Shown: positions 19,479-20,335 of the stretch, in pieces
Numbering within the stretch: the first letter of the stretch is position 1
Layout of the letters: each line of letters begins with the position of its first letter
Assembly (NCBI RefSeq): GCF_006345805.1
Contig: NW_021823979.1
Location: forward strand, 1 to 20,335
Origin: Octopus sinensis
Taxonomy: Eukaryota
DNA: 20,335 nucleotides
Direction of reading: 5' to 3'
Translations under genes and position numbers: made by a program
The notes under the pieces: generated by a model
Told to the model about the DNA's origin: nothing
Databases searched by the model: none
Seen by the model: only the letters and a program-made list of their open reading frames with translations

Positions 19479-19857
19479 ATAAATACATATATATATCTAT
19501 ATCTATGTGTGTGTGTGTGTATAGAAAATGATGTATTGAATGACTCCCATGTAATCAAATCTAGTTATTGCAGAATAACATAATAAATCAAAAATATGTT
19601 TTTACTAATTATCATTAAATCCGCAATGAGAACAAAACTAATTAGCATTAAGGACAATTTTCTTCAGCGAAAGCATTCTAGTATTTTAATGAAGCCGATC
19701 TGTAACCAAAAGACATTCCAGATATGACCATCTACGACTTTGCAATCCAATGACCACATTACCCATTTTTAGTAAGACTCAAGTCTGTAATCTGAGGTAA
19801 ATTTGGCTACCATTTCTAACAGAATTTGTTCTTTTTCCTCCTAATTAGCGAGGTGAT

Positions 19858-20265
19858 AGCAAGTGACTTCTACTACGACTCCATCTCGACGAATGCCTTG
19901 GGAATGAATTCGGAGACGGAAACTGTGTGGAAGCCCGTCGTGTACACGCACACATCCACACACATACATATATACATAGATGTGTGTATGTATGATACAC
20001 ACAGCGACACACACACATGTATGTATTTATGAATGTCTGTGTGGATGCTAGTGTCTATGTTTGTTCCCCCCACCGCTTGACAACCGATGTTAGTTTATTT
20101 ACGTCCCCCGTAACTTAGTGATTTGTCGGCAAAAAACACCGATGGGATACGTAACCAGACTTTTTTAAACAAAAAAGAAATAGAAGTCAATATGTTCGAC
20201 TAAAACTTTTCAATGCGGTGCCCCAGTATGGCCGAAGTGCAAGGACCGAAACGAGTGACAGAGAA
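19858..20265 (+). mobile_element. Family B SINE, diverged
   Basis: agacggaaactgtgtggaagcccgtcg...ccaccgcttgacaaccgatgtt...gcggtgccccagtatggccg. Confidence 0.75.
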
Positions 20266-20335
20266 AGACAAATAAAGGTAAGACTTGTTGCTCAAATGCA
20301 TGAAAAGACGAATTCAAAATGGTGGAAATTGTGAA

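Overview
Eukaryotic, AT-rich, repeat-dominated DNA. The SINE families and microsatellite load suggest a cephalopod (Octopus-like) genome; this is recognition-based inference. The only host coding sequence I can support is a single 240-nt minus-strand exon (12664-12903) encoding both zinc fingers of an NR2E-group nuclear receptor with P-box CDGCRG (PNR-like/NR2E6-like). No neighbouring exon was found, so most of the window is probably large introns. The rest comprises tRNA-derived SINEs (three to four families, including nested, tandem and mosaic copies), a dead pogo/Tc5-type transposon, MITE relics, a chimeric mariner relic, RTE and CR1/L2-type LINE 3' fragments, and long microsatellites. The ORF track does not show the most interesting signal: several sequence-unrelated type I hammerhead ribozyme motifs (4132-4189 -, 7085-7180 -, 8844-8878 +, 16514-16563 +, plus a half motif at 4508-4527), mostly in short repeats abutting (TA)n tracts, as expected for Penelope-like element or retrozyme termini. 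The best-conserved one is enclosed by a perfect 46-bp inverted repeat whose arm starts exactly at the predicted cleavage site and would lock the ribozyme off. A separate perfect 86-bp-arm palindrome lies at 9131-9326. Nearly all listed ORFs are microsatellite or repeat artefacts. All folding and alignment was done by eye.
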